Under the pieces are notes generated by a model, which was given only the letters and a program-made list of their open reading frames with translations, did not search any database and was not told the origin of the DNA. The position numbers were made by a program, and so were the translations under genes. A stretch of DNA of 38,335 bases from Octopus bimaculoides (taxonomy: Eukaryota): contig NC_068998.1 of assembly GCF_001194135.2 (NCBI RefSeq), forward strand, positions 31,707,186-31,745,520. The letters are read 5' to 3'. Numbering within the stretch: the first letter of the stretch is position 1; every line of letters begins with the position of its first letter. Shown one piece after another: positions 21,601 through 34,413 of the stretch.

Positions 21601-22031
21601 GATATACAAACAGAATATATACTCATGTACAATTTCCATCTACTAAATTACATTTATGCAATATTGCTCAACCCGAAGCTAAAGTAGGACACACTTGCCC
21701 TTGCGGGGTACACACAAATACAAATATATTCATATACATACATATATGTCCCTCTTATTTACAGATTTGATTATTGCATTATAAACAACATTTGTTACTT
21801 TCAAAATGGAGTTGAATAACGCCTGTCATGTTATTGGAATTTTCTGTCTCGACTCAGTATGTCCTGTATTTGATGCATTGATTAATAAATTTTATTAATC
21901 AATTATCAAGTCATCTGTATTTTCTATACAACCCATGTGAATGCTAGAGACTAACAAACTATATTTTCCCATGATCACTTGATTGATCCTACTACATTAT
22001 CATTAGGTACATGTGTGTGTGTGTATGTGTA

Positions 22032-22388
22032 TCTTTTACTTGTCTCAGTCATTTGGCTGCTGCCATGCTGGGGCATCACCTTGAAGGGTTTTATAGTCGA
22101 ACAAATTGACCCCAGAAGTTTTACTTTTTTTGAGCCTAGTACTTATTCTGTCAGTTTCTTTTGTCAAACCACTAACTTACAGGGAGATAAACACACTAAC
22201 ACTCATTAAGTGTAGGTGAGAGACAAACAGACAAAAAGACACACACACAGATATATACATATATACAATGGGCTTCTTTCATTTCTGTCAATCAAATTCA
22301 CCCACAAGGATTTGGTTGGAAGGTTATAGTAGAAGACACTTGCCCATGGTACCATGCAGTGGGACTGAACCTAGAACCATGTGATTGA
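22032..22388 (-). mobile_element. SINE family A, near full length, inverted
   Basis: Reverse-complement colinear with 21186-21600. Confidence 0.85.
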
Positions 22389-22911
22389 TGAAGTGAGAGA
22401 AAGATACAAACATATGTACAGACATACATACATATTGACATACATATATGGTGATTGCTCCATCTTCACAAATGATTGTCATCTCTCTGAGCTTTGTCAT
22501 TGTCAATGACATTTCTGAATTTCCATCTAAGACCTCTCAGATGACTATTCAGTCCCACTGTTGATTTGTATGGTTTGAAGCATAGTTGACAGACAAAAGC
22601 TGTCACTTACTCTGCACTTCCAGCTGGTTAGGACTGCACACGTTACCTTCCTTTAATCTCAATAGGATTTTCAGTAAATGTCACAACAAATGAGGTCCTG
22701 AGTATCACTCACTGAGCTTTCATGATTAGTACTCAGTAAAAGGCCTAAGTGAGATGACAAATGCTACTTAACCTGTGACTGGACATTGATAGGTGGTACT
22801 ACTCTGGGTCAAAGTAAACTTGGGAACAATAATGGCTGAAAAGTGGTTCCACAGTCCTCAAGACCCTGGATCTCCCAAACCAGAGTCACACTGCTGAATA
22901 CCGTTGATAGA

Positions 22912-22970
22912 TACATACATACATACATACATGCATACATACATACTTGCATACATACATACACATGCAT

Positions 22971-23027
<57 letters not shown>

Positions 23028-23030
23028 TAT
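22912..23030. repeat. (TACA)n/(TA)n/(CA)n microsatellite
   Basis: Read directly from the sequence. Confidence 0.95.
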
Positions 23031-23034
23031 GTAC

Positions 23035-23620
23035 ATCATCATTTAGCATCTGGTTTCCATGCTAGCATGGTTAGATGATTTGACTGGAACTGGCAAGCTG
23101 GAGGGATGAACCTGGCTCCAATCTATTTTGGTTTGGTTTCAATGGCTGGATGCCCTTCCTTATGCCAACCATTCCAATGAGTGTACCATGTTCCCTTCAA
23201 AGTGTCAATGGCATGAGTGCCTGGTGACAACTACGATTTCACTAAGCTTGACATGTTTTCTCAAGTACAGCAAATTGCCAGCAGTCTCGGTCACTTGTCA
23301 TAGTCTCTGTGAGTCTCAACATTTGACGATCATATTTTACTACCTCAACCTACATCTTCTTGGGTCTACCTCTTCCACAGTTACCCTCCACAGTAAGAGA
23401 TTGACACTTCTATATGTAGATGTCCTCATCCATATGCAACACTTGGCCACACCAGTGCAGTCTTCTCTCTTGTACACTACATTACACATTCAGTGGAGCA
23501 TGCTGGCTTCATTTCTTTCAAGCCTTTGAATGTCTTCTACAGTCACGGCCCATGTTTCATTGCCAAGTAGCATGGTTGTTTGCACACAGGCACCATACAA
23601 TCTGCAATACACCATGCAGT
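23035..23620 (-). mobile_element. RTE-clade LINE 3' fragment (ORF C-terminus plus 3' UTR plus (ATG)n tail)
   Basis: RLYGACVQTTMLLGNETWAVTVEDIQRLERNEASMLH, then a GRGRPKK-type block and the same tail as 7712 and 38207. Confidence 0.85.
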
Positions 23621-23667
23621 ACACACACACACACACACACACACAAAAGTATTTACACAAACATATA

Positions 23668-24362
23668 CAGAGTAATTCAAAATGAATAGTACAAAAAGAA
23701 AACATATGTGAATGCCGTAATGAATATATTGCAAAAATACAGACGTAACATGAAAGGTTAACTTTTCAAGTTTTGTTTCACAATGAAGATAATCTTGCCT
23801 TTTCCAAATTGCTCCCTAGAGGCCCTGTTATACAAGGAGAGAGAGAGTGTGAAGGAGAGAGAGTGTCTTGTGTGCTCAAATATGCAGAAACTTCATCAGT
23901 ATCGATCGGTGGTGGACTGGGTCTAAAAATATTGGTTGCCAGGAGACTAAGGGGAAGAAAAGGCACCCAAGAACGCTGGATTGACCAGGCTGAGGTGAAA
24001 GATTTGCCATGGCCTGGCACCCCCAGGACCTCTGATTTAACGCCTTGTGACATTTTCCTTTGGGGGTATCTGAAAGACCATGTGTTTATACCCCAACTTT
24101 CACACAACCTACAGGAGTTAAGTAGTAGAAAGGCAATGCGGTTAACTCAACTGATCAGGCTACACTGGCACAAGTGTAACAAGAACTAGACTATGATGTA
24201 GACGTCTGCCACATGGCAAAAGGTATCCACATAGATCATCTGTGACTGTCAGCAGAAACCTGAGGAGTTAACCTTTCATGTAACCTCTGTAATTTTGTAA
24301 TATATTCATTACTACATTTATGTAAATGCTTTGTTTTTGTACCATTCACCTGAATTACCCTG
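23668..24362 (+). mobile_element. Internally deleted Tc1/mariner element (695 bp) with both TIRs and TA TSDs
   Basis: Left TA-CAGAGTAATTCAAAATGAATAGTAC, right reverse complement TA-CAGGGTAATTCAGGTGAATGGTAC. Remnants RWI...PRTSDLTPCDIFLWGYLKDHVF and ELDYDVDVCHMAKGIHIDHL*. Confidence 0.9.
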
Positions 24363-25239
24363 TATCATTTATCCAGAGACTGAAAGATACATAATTTAGG
24401 AGATGTAAATAGTAAAGTAATTTCAATTTTAATTTATTTTTGCATTATAGTAATTGCATATATATGATATCAGGTATTTGTTTCTAGAGATCTTACATGC
24501 AAGCCATTCCTATGAAGTAAATACATGTAAGTGCATATAACATACCTATTTGCACTCAAGCTATTTGATGCTCTCTACTTTTATATGGAAATGTTCTTTG
24601 TGTGAGCATGCTTGAAGTTGTTTCATGGCAATGCATGTCACTACCTTGCATATATTTTATTGGTAGCTTGATTGAGTAATTTGTAGCTCAAAAGCTGCAT
24701 GTAGCTACACTGAATATTTTTCTATTAATTCAACTAAGTCATAAGAGTTGACAAAATAAATAATGCTAAATAAACTCATCCTTTTACATTTCACTTAAAC
24801 TAACCAAAAGTCATGAATTGGTTGTTAAAAGCCATTAATAGTTTCATTTCAATTTAAACCAAATAAATTATGTTATCATGCACATAACTTTGAAATCAAT
24901 GGTATATCAGAGTCATAAGATGAGATGGTTGAATGCAGGACACATTTTTTACTCTGATGAATTTACATCCTCAGCTTGAATTATTTACTCTCCCTAGAGG
25001 TTATGAGGAAACAATCTTCTGGGCTACAAACTATATCTTTAAAATATATTTTTTGATCTACTCTACATTTTAATTAGTTTGATATTGGTTTGATATCTTA
25101 GCATTACATGTGCATGATCCTCACCTGGACTTGAATTATGACCTTTTGTATCTACTAAGCTGCTTGCACATGTGCTGGTATATGTATATGTATCAGTAGC
25201 TTAGAATACTGCCCAAACATTTCTCCCAAAATTTATAAT

Positions 25240-26100
25240 ATCAGCAGGGAAACCCTTCTGGCAGTTGTCGCAAAACTACTGAATGAAAAATCACCTTGGA
25301 GAGATCTGATAAGCATTGATACAGAACGCTCACATTCTATAGAGCAGCCCTTATTAACCCATTCAAAAGAACAATGAACTCTGAGGTTAATGTATCAGAC
25401 TGGCTGGCAGTTGCATATACAACACTAGATGCTAAAAACTAGGAGACACTTATGGCCAAAAACTACAGGTTCATAGAATGCTTAAATGTGGTGTATAGAT
25501 TATACACAAGTTGCTTGAATGTATTCCTTAGAGCCACTGTGAAAAACACAATGTGGTGACCAATGAGCAGGCAGGAAGAAAGAAAGGAGTTTGGAACCCT
25601 GCCAAACAATTCCTCATCAACAAAGCTTTTCTTTAAGGATGCAAAACAGCATCACAGAAACCTGTTACCTACATGGCTTGTCATTAAGAAACTGACAACA
25701 ACATAGTCCAGAGAGCTAATAAGAACTAAAGCTACTGTTATAGCCATTAACAGAATTAGGCTATGAACAGAAATATTTCAGAGTGACAGTCTATCCATCT
25801 GTAATGCTTTTTATCTTAGCTGTGAATTCTTTGCCAGCCATGTTGGTACGATCTGTGGATGAAAGAAAAATTAATATCACCCACACCTATTTTTGTTGAT
25901 GACCTTAAGCTTAACTTGAATAATACTCATGACACCATCAGATAGTTAAAACTGGTCACAAAATTCTCTTGGGACACAGGAATGTAGTTTGGTTAGACAA
26001 ATGAAGAAAGATTATTGACCAAGCAAAGAATATTACTTATGTTAGTGCTGCAAAGAGAGCTAGAGAAATACAAATACTTCAGCACATTTTGGGAGGTATG
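25240..26100 (+). mobile_element. R4/Dong-type (RLE) LINE reverse transcriptase remnant
   Basis: DWLAVAYTTLDAKN*ETLMAKNYRFIECLNVVYRLYTSCLNVFL, EQAGRKKGVW, FVDDLKL, GM*FG..DK, EKYKYF. Confidence 0.8.
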
Positions 26101-26559
26101 GCAGTCACAACTGTTTGTATTCAATAGAACCACATCTAATGCATTCACAATACCAGTACTAATACCAACATTTAGGATACTAGAGTGGGGATAAGTGGAA
26201 TATTTAAAACAAAGATTGCCATAAGATACAGTGGACTTATAGTTGAGTGCCTGAGTAAGACCCTATAGCTTCATTGAAGCCTTTACAAAAATAAAAATGC
26301 TCTAATAAGTTTCTTATACAACACACAATATCAGATGAAGTACTTTGAGATAGAAAATAAAGAGATTATATTATAAACCACAGAAAAAAGATAGAATATT
26401 AGTACAAACATCATATAAACTGATCCAGAGGATATGAGTTCTTACTTACCCACTATAACCCAAGAGTGCCACACAGATATTTTGGAATCTACACTTGTCA
26501 GCAATACAGAGAGGAAATATATTGGAAGTTATATAAGGAATGTGGATATTCTGATCAAT

Positions 26560-26642
26560 GCTTTCATCCTTTGAGAGTCGATAAAATAAGTACCAGTTGA
26601 ACACTGAGGTCAACTGCTGGCCTTGTGCCAAAATTTGCAACC
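26560..26642 (+). mobile_element. SINE family B, 3' fragment
   Basis: GCTTTCATCCTTTGAGAGTCGATAAAATAAGTACCAG...GGCCTTGTGCC. Confidence 0.7.
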
Positions 26643-26699
26643 ATTAATATTATTATTGTTATCATCATCATCATCATAATTATCATTATTATTTATGAC

Positions 26700-26900
26700 A
26701 TAGTCATGTTCTTCAAATGCAAGATAACCCCATTCCAAAACTTTTTTGTATAGCCAACAAGTAGAGGGAATCCATAGTAAAGACCCTTCCATAGGTATGA
26801 GGATATGTTGAAACAATCACTAAAATCCTCACAGGTTAATTCAATATCTTGGAAAAAATTATAGCCTAGATCGATCTGGGTGGTGTTAAATGTTTCCTTA
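26700..26900 (+). mobile_element. RTE (BovB-like) ORF C-terminal remnant
   Basis: MQDNPIPKLF...RPFHRYEDMLKQSLKSSQVNSISWKKL resembles RM.D.R.PK.LL...GRP..RYKD.LK..LK...I....WE.LA.DR..W. Confidence 0.6.
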
Positions 26901-29517
26901 TGCATTTAAGCAAATTGAGTTGAAGAAATCATTACTATTATGAATATTATTATCAAGATTTATGCTGATGATATATAGTTTATGTAAAGAGACAGTAAAA
27001 CACTATGCTAAATGGCTTACAATATAGTTATGATCTTCATTTTCTGAGCATAAATCCTGCTAAAATTCACAATGTTGTTCATCCGCCATGGTTTATTAAA
27101 CTAATACTAACCTTAGCTAGAATTCAATCAACTATATCCATTCCTCAAGTACTCATAATTCTTATAATAATTATTACTTCTTTCTCTCTTTTTAAAATTT
27201 ACACTTTATTAAATTTGTTTTCCTATTTTCCTCATTCCATTTAAAAAAATTTATTTTAGAAAAATTATCCATTTATTTACCCTTTCACTTAAATGTCAGC
27301 CAGTTCATCCATATCCAAAAACAAATTTCATATAATTTTTTTCTTAGATTATTCCAATACATACTGCATACAAACTGTAAGTCTATCATAAACTGTATCA
27401 ATTATCATCATATGTAAACAATGTAAAAATAGATGCATATTTGTATTTTATAACAAAACTAAAAACAAAATATTGGAATCAATACTTAAAATTGTTAGTT
27501 CACTTATTTGATAAACATTTAACATTCTCACTTACAATAAGAATGAAAAGAAAGAAATATGCAAACATTATTTATTCAAAGGTATAATTCTATTTTATAA
27601 TGCCAGGATCAAGTCTTCCTCATTCACAAAATGAGCTCCCCTTAATTTTGCTCAGATTGCTTTCAATTTTGGTATATAGATGCAACTCTGAATTTTGATT
27701 ATGGTCAACCAATTACTTTATCTCATGAATTAGAGAATCTGATGTTATTTGGAATTAAATTTGGGTAATTTTAGCCAATCAACAGACAGCGTGGTATTAG
27801 CAGCTTGTTACCATAACAATCACATGCTGTGTTGTGGTTCACTGTTGTCTGTGCCGCTGTTCTCTATGTTGATTTTTCACACTTAATTCTTCACACCATG
27901 AGATTCTTTTCACCCGCATGTTTTGTTTTAATTTTTCTGTGTGTTAGTATATTACATATTTTTCAGTGCTTCTGTGTGTTAGTATTTTTCTTTGTGTTAG
28001 TATTTTTACATATGTTTTATTTCATATATTTTGGGGACTCATTAACTCAGATAGCTGGATTTATGATTTCACTGGGTTAATTCTGTTTATAAAAATTTAA
28101 ATTAGGAGTATTTCTTAAACCGTTAGCTTCACATTTCAACAGCTTAACTGAAATTTAACCCACATAATAGGAACTGAGGGGGATATCGTGGAACAGAGAA
28201 ACTGCAGGTGATACAGACTATTTGACATTATTTTTGAATTCTGCATGCAAAAACATATAAGATACAGATATTCTTTTCCTTGAGACAAATTCTCTATTGA
28301 CCAGTGTTATTCTTATTATAGCTCACAAATCCAAGCATGAAAACATTACTTAACTTTAGAGTTTTGAAGACAGATGCCCCCTTCACACACAGACACACAT
28401 GAATGCATAAATGTACATATAAGCTTATATAGGAATAAATACATCCACATGCGCTTATTTATTAATGATGTACACAAATATATGACAGTATACATAATAC
28501 TGAAATGCACATAAAGTAAATACATGCAGAGAAATATATCAATATAACAAATTTAAAAAAATAATAAAACCATACAATCAATGAACAGACAAAAGAAACA
28601 GTAAGATGATACATGTTGATTTTATTAGGTACTTCTGTTTATTTAGAAATCTACAGTGAACAGGTCGGACACTAAATTCTAAATTTCACAGGATACAACC
28701 TTAAAGTTGACACCGCTCTGCTAGATGCAGAAAATTTCTGTCTTGCTATTGGCTAAAAAATATACAGTTTTTTCAATTTTTAAACCTCTGTAGCATTTTT
28801 CTCCAATTTTTTTTCTCTCCACATCATACCTTCAAAGCAATGTGACTGAAGGCTACATTATTATAGCCGATTTTCAGATTTTTTACTGTCTTTTAAAAAA
28901 TGAATATTTTGCGAATGAAAAAAAACTAGATCCTAATGTCACTTTTATAGCTAAGAATTTCATTAGCATTCTGCAACTTTTTAGCAGATTTTACAAAATG
29001 AACGAGTGTTTATTTTGAAATACAAAATCTGTGGTTTTACACAAACTTTATATATATANNNNNNNNNNNNNNNNNNNNNNNNNNNNNNNNNNNNNNNNNN
29101 NNNNNNNNNNNNNNNNNNNNNNNNNNNNNNNNNNNNNNNNNNNNNNNNNNNNNNNNNNNNNNNNNNNNNNNNNNNNNNNNNNNNNNNNNNNNNNNNNNNN
29201 NNNNNNNNNNNNNNNNNNNNNNNNNNNNNNNNNNNNNNNNNNNNNNNNNNNNNNNNNNNNNNNNNNNNNNNNNNNNNNNNNNNNNNNNNNNNNNNNNNNN
29301 NNNNNNNNNNNNNNNNNNNNNNNNNNNNNNNNNNNNNNNNNNNNNNNNNNNNNNNNNNNNNNNNNNNNNNNNNNNNNNNNNNNNNNNNNNNNNNNNNNNN
29401 NNNNNNNNNNNNNNNNNNNNNNNNNNNNNNNNNNNNNNNNNNNNNNNNNNNNNNNNNNNNNNNNNNNNNNNNNNNNNNNNNNNNNNNNNNNNNNNNNNNN
29501 NNNNNNNNNNNNNNNNN

Positions 29518-30386
29518 CGCAAGGCCTCTGACATAGCAGAACAATTTGATGTCAGTCCCAGAACAGCAGTCAGGTATCTCCACAAAATTAGTTACTATGG
29601 CAGAGCAGCAAGAAGGAGACCACTTCTTCGACCAGTCAACATCAAGCGGAGAAAAGATTAGGTCAGTGAGATGGTGGAGAGGCCACTAGAATTTTGGGAC
29701 GCTGTCATATTCTCTGATGAGTCCAGATTTGCTGTATTTCCTAACAGTGGTCGAGTATGGGTCTGGAGACTCTGTGATCAAGAATTTGATGTGAAAAGAT
29801 TGCAGCAAACAACGAAACATGGCAACTATTCTGTGATGGTCTGGGGAGCAATTTGGAGCAATGGTTGATCAGAGCTGGTGGAGTGTGATGGAAACATAAA
29901 CTCAGACATGTGTCCATACTGTAGAAAGTATGCCTTCTAATCTTCTCCAGTGATGAAATGATTAAAGAAGACTCTTTATCTATGGAAGATGAGGTTCCTT
30001 GTCATACAGCTAAAATGACCCAAGATTTGTTGGATGAAAATGGCATTAAAAAAACTTCCATGGCCAAGCCAATCACCAGATATGAACCCTGTTGAACACC
30101 TCTAGGACATAATGGACAGGACACTTCCTAAAAAGAACAAGAAAGCATCTTTAAAACCAGATCTTTTGAGATTACTGCATGAAACTTGGCAGGAAATTCT
30201 GCAAGAGAATATTTATCATCTGATCAGTAACATGCCTAATAGGGTCCTTGCATTGAAAAATGCTAAGGGCATGTCTACTAAATGTTAAATATTCACATTA
30301 TAACAATTGATAAATAATTTGAATGTATAATTTCAGATTTAAATATATTGTAATGATTATAAGGGCATCTGTTTACTTCTGCCATA

Positions 30387-30390
<4 letters not shown>
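29518..30390 (+). mobile_element. Tc1 (DD34E-type) transposase fossil with 3' TIR; 5' end in gap
   Basis: VIFSDESRF, KHGNYSVMVWGAIW, MEDEVPCHTAK, WPSQSPDMNPVEHL*D, NAKGMSTK. Ends TTACTTCTGCCATATCTG against a (TG)n(TA)n tract. Confidence 0.9.

Positions 30391-30448
<58 letters not shown>
30389..30448. repeat. (TG)n(TA)n microsatellite
   Basis: Read directly from the sequence. Confidence 0.95.
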
Positions 30449-30452
<4 letters not shown>

Positions 30453-30544
30453 ATAAAAAAAACATGTATCAGAAAGAAGCATACTCTAAAGAATAGAGCA
30501 GTAATTATTACAACAAGAATTTTGTATCTTGGACATAGAGTTAC

Positions 30545-31460
30545 CCAAGGTTTTGCATCCACAAAGCAAAGCCTTGTAGATTGCTCATCAGATACTATAT
30601 AACTACAAAATTTAAAATAGCTATGTCGCAGGTGTGAGGAAACACTCAGAACTGGAGGAATACTTCTTAACAAAAAAATGTTAGTAAAGACAAGTTATCT
30701 CCCCTGAATCAGAGAATGGGGAACCCTTATAGACCCGAAGAGGCCTAACTAACAAATGGAGAGATTCAAATTTCCAGTAAGTAGCACTCGAAGTGTATAC
30801 ATTTAGAAAACACTTCTTTATGGCTGTTTAATGCACCAGGTTTCTTATAGTCCTTAAGAATTTTGACTCTCTCCACGATGCAGATCTTGCAATGGTCACA
30901 TCCATTAATATGTGGGCCCTGATGATCAATTAATTTCTCCTGGTATGACATGGGGTCCCTTGATCTTTGAGGTGCCATACATGGCAGGCCACGGATGTGA
31001 CAAACCATCTTTCTGGGACTCTGAAGGATGACTGGTGGTTAAGAAAACGTCACTTGAACGAAGTACTTGCAGAACCAATATATCTACACACATGAGATGT
31101 GGCCCTATCTGCACCCCTGGTAACATATGACATAGGCTGGTCATCAGTGTCGAAGATAAATGTTTGGTCATCTTCTGAGGTGGCGGAACTGGGAATGATG
31201 GATACCTCCTCCAAGTCGCTGGTCCTGGATAGGTCTTTATTTCTAGGTGTGGCGTTTGTACAGGTGGTAACACACATTGCGGGCCTGGTCACTCTATCTG
31301 TATCTATGGTTTGTTCATTATCAGTGGTGGTGGTACCGGGGTCTTCAGTGATGCTCTTTGTGATGCTGGTTCCAGACTGGTTATCATCTCTCTGCATGTC
31401 TTTGTGTTTGTTCCAACACCACTTGACAAGTGTTATTGGTTTGTTTATCTTTAGAAAAAG
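30545..31460 (-). mobile_element. Penelope-like GIY-YIG remnant with a Thr/Asp-rich upstream linker and 3' region
   Basis: RYIGSASTSFK*RFLNHQSSFR, VTSVACHVWHLKDQG, CKICIVERVKIL...LNSHKEVFSKCIH. Confidence 0.8.
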
Positions 31461-31584
31461 AGATCTCTAAAATTAAGTACTGGATTTAAAAAATAAAATG
31501 AAAGATTGACTTAATTGACTAAACCTTTTCAAGGAGTCTGGTGAGTGAAACAAATAAAAGAGTAAAAATGTATATGTCTGTGTG

Positions 31585-31586
<2 letters not shown>

Positions 31587-31632
<46 letters not shown>

Positions 31633-31658
31633 CGCACACACACACACACACACACACA
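31587..31658. repeat. (CA)n microsatellite
   Basis: Read directly from the sequence. Confidence 0.95.
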
Positions 31659-32249
31659 TTCTTTCTTTGGTTCATTCTATTTCACTTTGTAACCCTGTCC
31701 CACAAGTCTACATGCTCTCTTATCTGTGTGTGCATGTAACCATGTATGCGTCTATAATACATTATGTGGCTATGTGTGCACGTGTGTATGCCCATGACAG
31801 TTACACGTCAACCGCTGCATGCCTAAGTTTCTTTGCCCACAATCACTTCCCCCCTTGCAACAATCCCTCTAGCACTAGCCCTATCATTTCATCCCCTCAA
31901 CCATTCTCTTGATCCCCTACAATGACCAACACCAAATAATTCACTCCCTTTATCAACACTCTAACATGCTGTCATTAACCACTCCCTTAACATTGTTTCC
32001 ATTCCCTCCTTTTCTACTACCAAACCATGATTTTTCATTTTCCATCTATTATCCCTCTACCAACTCAACCACACCGTTCTTTCTCTGGAAAAGGTTTCCA
32101 GCAAAACAAAATCAGTTTTGATGGAATCATGGTTATTGATTAAATATTTTGGCAATCAGATTTTTGCCTTTAGGATATTATTCTAAGTGTTTGACTATGC
32201 TCCTTTGAGCCTGCCCTCCCCACATGCATGTGTGTGTGTATAGTTACAT

Positions 32250-32266
32250 CTATCTATCTATCTATA

Positions 32267-32335
<69 letters not shown>

Positions 32336-33180
32336 GTCTGTCTGTCTGTCTATTTATATATGTGTATGTATATATATATATATANNNNNNNNNNNNNNNN
32401 NNNNNNNNNNNNNNNNNNNNNNNNNNNNNNNNNNNNNNNNNNNNNNNNNNNNNNNNNNNNNNNNNNNNNNNNNNNNNNNNNNNNNNNNNNNNNNNNNNNN
32501 NNNNNNNNNNNNNNNNNNNNNNNNNNNNNNNNNNNNNNNNNNNNNNNNNNNNNNNNNNNNNNNNNNNNNNNNNNNNNNNNNNNNNNNNNNNNNNNNNNNN
32601 NNNNNNNNNNNNNNNNNNNNNNNNNNNNNNNNNNNNNNNNNNNNNNNNNNNNNNNNNNNNNNNNNNNNNNNNNNNNNNNNNNNNNNNNNNNNNNNNNNNN
32701 NNNNNNNNNNNNNNNNNNNNNNNNNNNNNNNNNNNNNNNNNNNNNNNNNNNNNNNNNNNNNNNNNNNNNNNNNNNNNNNNNNNNNNNNNNNNNNNNNNNN
32801 NNNNNNNNNNNNNNNNNNNNNNNNNNNNNNNNNNNNNNNNNNNNNNNNNNNNNNNNNNNNNNNNNNNNNNNNNNNNNNNNNNNNNNNNNNNNNNNNNNNN
32901 NNNNNNNNNNNNNNNNNNNNNCATGCATATATGCGCATATACGCATACATACACATGTGCACCCGTATATACATATGTATACATATATATACACATATAT
33001 ATATACACACACACACACATATATACATATACATACACACCTGTATATATACACACACTCATACGTCCACATTTATACATATGCACATACGTACCTACGC
33101 ATATACAAATATACACATGTGTGCATGTCCCCATATACACACATGTATCCATCTACATATACGTACATGTATAGATAGAA
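32250..33180. repeat. (TATC)n(TGTC)n(TA)n and degenerate (TA/CA)n flanking a gap
   Basis: Read directly from the sequence. Source of the spurious YI/HT/CV ORFs. Confidence 0.95.
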
Positions 33181-33569
33181 ATATATTCATGCACATACAC
33201 ATAGTTATACATCTACGCCTATTACCTAATCAAATAAACAGATATAAATAAATGCAGAGAGAGAGAGAGAGAAAGAAAGAGAGAAAGAGAGAGTATGAAG
33301 TATGTGGAGAGGGGATAGAGTTGGTGAGGTAGGGCTAATTTTAAAATCATGTGTGGTGGTGTACATATATACGTGTGTGATTCAGATTACAGTGAGAAGA
33401 AACACTGATTGGGGAAATCCAAGTTTTATATTTATGTTGTCGTCAGGTAGTTTGCTAACATTTACCTACACTCATTATGGAACGTTTTTGATAGACATAG
33501 CTCAATGTTTTTTTCAGCTGTGCACCTAATTTAAAAGAATGCTAGTATGTCCAAACCTAGAGCAGAGAA

Positions 33570-33950
33570 AGGTTGTTCATGCAGAGGTAATACCACATAC
33601 TACTAAATGACCATTGGAATATAGAAACTGTTGTATATGAGGCAGAGATGGTGTTGAAGGATCTCAGTGGAGTGACAAATATATAGAAAAATGTGGGTGC
33701 CTTCAGGACCAAGTTCAACAAAAGCACAAGTCCTTGTTTAATATTCAAGTGTAGTGAAATGTCATCACTCTAGCAAGGTACATATGGACATTAAAAGAAA
33801 ATGCTGTTCTTCAACAAATGGAGAATACTAGAAAAGTGCAAACCTTATTTTAGCAGTAATAGGAGGTGCAGACTCTGTTTAGCTGAGAAAAAAAGTATAT
33901 TGAAGAACTCCTTTCACCTAAATTGTAAAAGTGGGATGTTTTACTGCTGC
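33570..33950 (+). mobile_element. Penelope-like GIY-YIG endonuclease remnant
   Basis: CSCRG, ETVVYEAEM, ARYIWTLKEN, KWRILEKCKPY...RCRLCLAEKKSIL...LNCKS. Confidence 0.8.
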
Positions 33951-34413
33951 ATATGTGAGGTGCAGATATACATTAGAAAACTGGCTGATTGTCCCATAAA
34001 TATAAATATTTGAACTGTCAATCAGTGTTTCTCCTCCAAAGTTGATATATATGAATACACACACACATACATGTACACGATATGATTTTAAAATTAATCC
34101 GTCTTCCCATCCCCATTCACACACCACAACTCTTCCACATGTCTGCCTAACCCTGCTCTCACCTCCTCCCATCCTACCAGCAAATATCTTGTACAACAGT
34201 AAGGTCCATTTTGGTCCCAATCCAAAGAACAAAATTCTAATAAACTAAATATATTTTCTCTTTGCATTTGACCTGAGTGATTTCTTCCACGAATTTCATT
34301 TTGGTATTTTATAATAACTGTAAGATCCACAAACCAGATGTGACACTTTCTTGCTATACTATTCCTTTCAGCCATTTCTGGTGAATGCATGAGTTGATTC
34401 TTAACTGCTAGGT

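Noticed and set aside
22706-22760. CTGAGTA/TACTCAG inverted repeat with a hammerhead-like look on the minus strand
   Set aside because: The core is CUGAGUA (G8 lost) and stem I does not pair.
15200-26100. RLE C-terminus (15200) and R4/Dong RT (25240) as one element
   Set aside because: Both are on the plus strand but in reversed order and 10 kb apart, so they are separate insertions.
31099-31470. 123-aa plus-strand ORF
   Set aside because: Antisense shadow of the minus-strand Penelope linker/GIY-YIG frame.
426-33178. Long ORFs full of X in the ORF track (e.g. 7860..8861, 32224..33174)
   Set aside because: They only span N-gaps, where no stop codon can be read.
11467-33251. ORFs rich in HTHT, CVCV or YIYI
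   Set aside because: Translations of (CA)n, (TG)n and (TA)n microsatellites.
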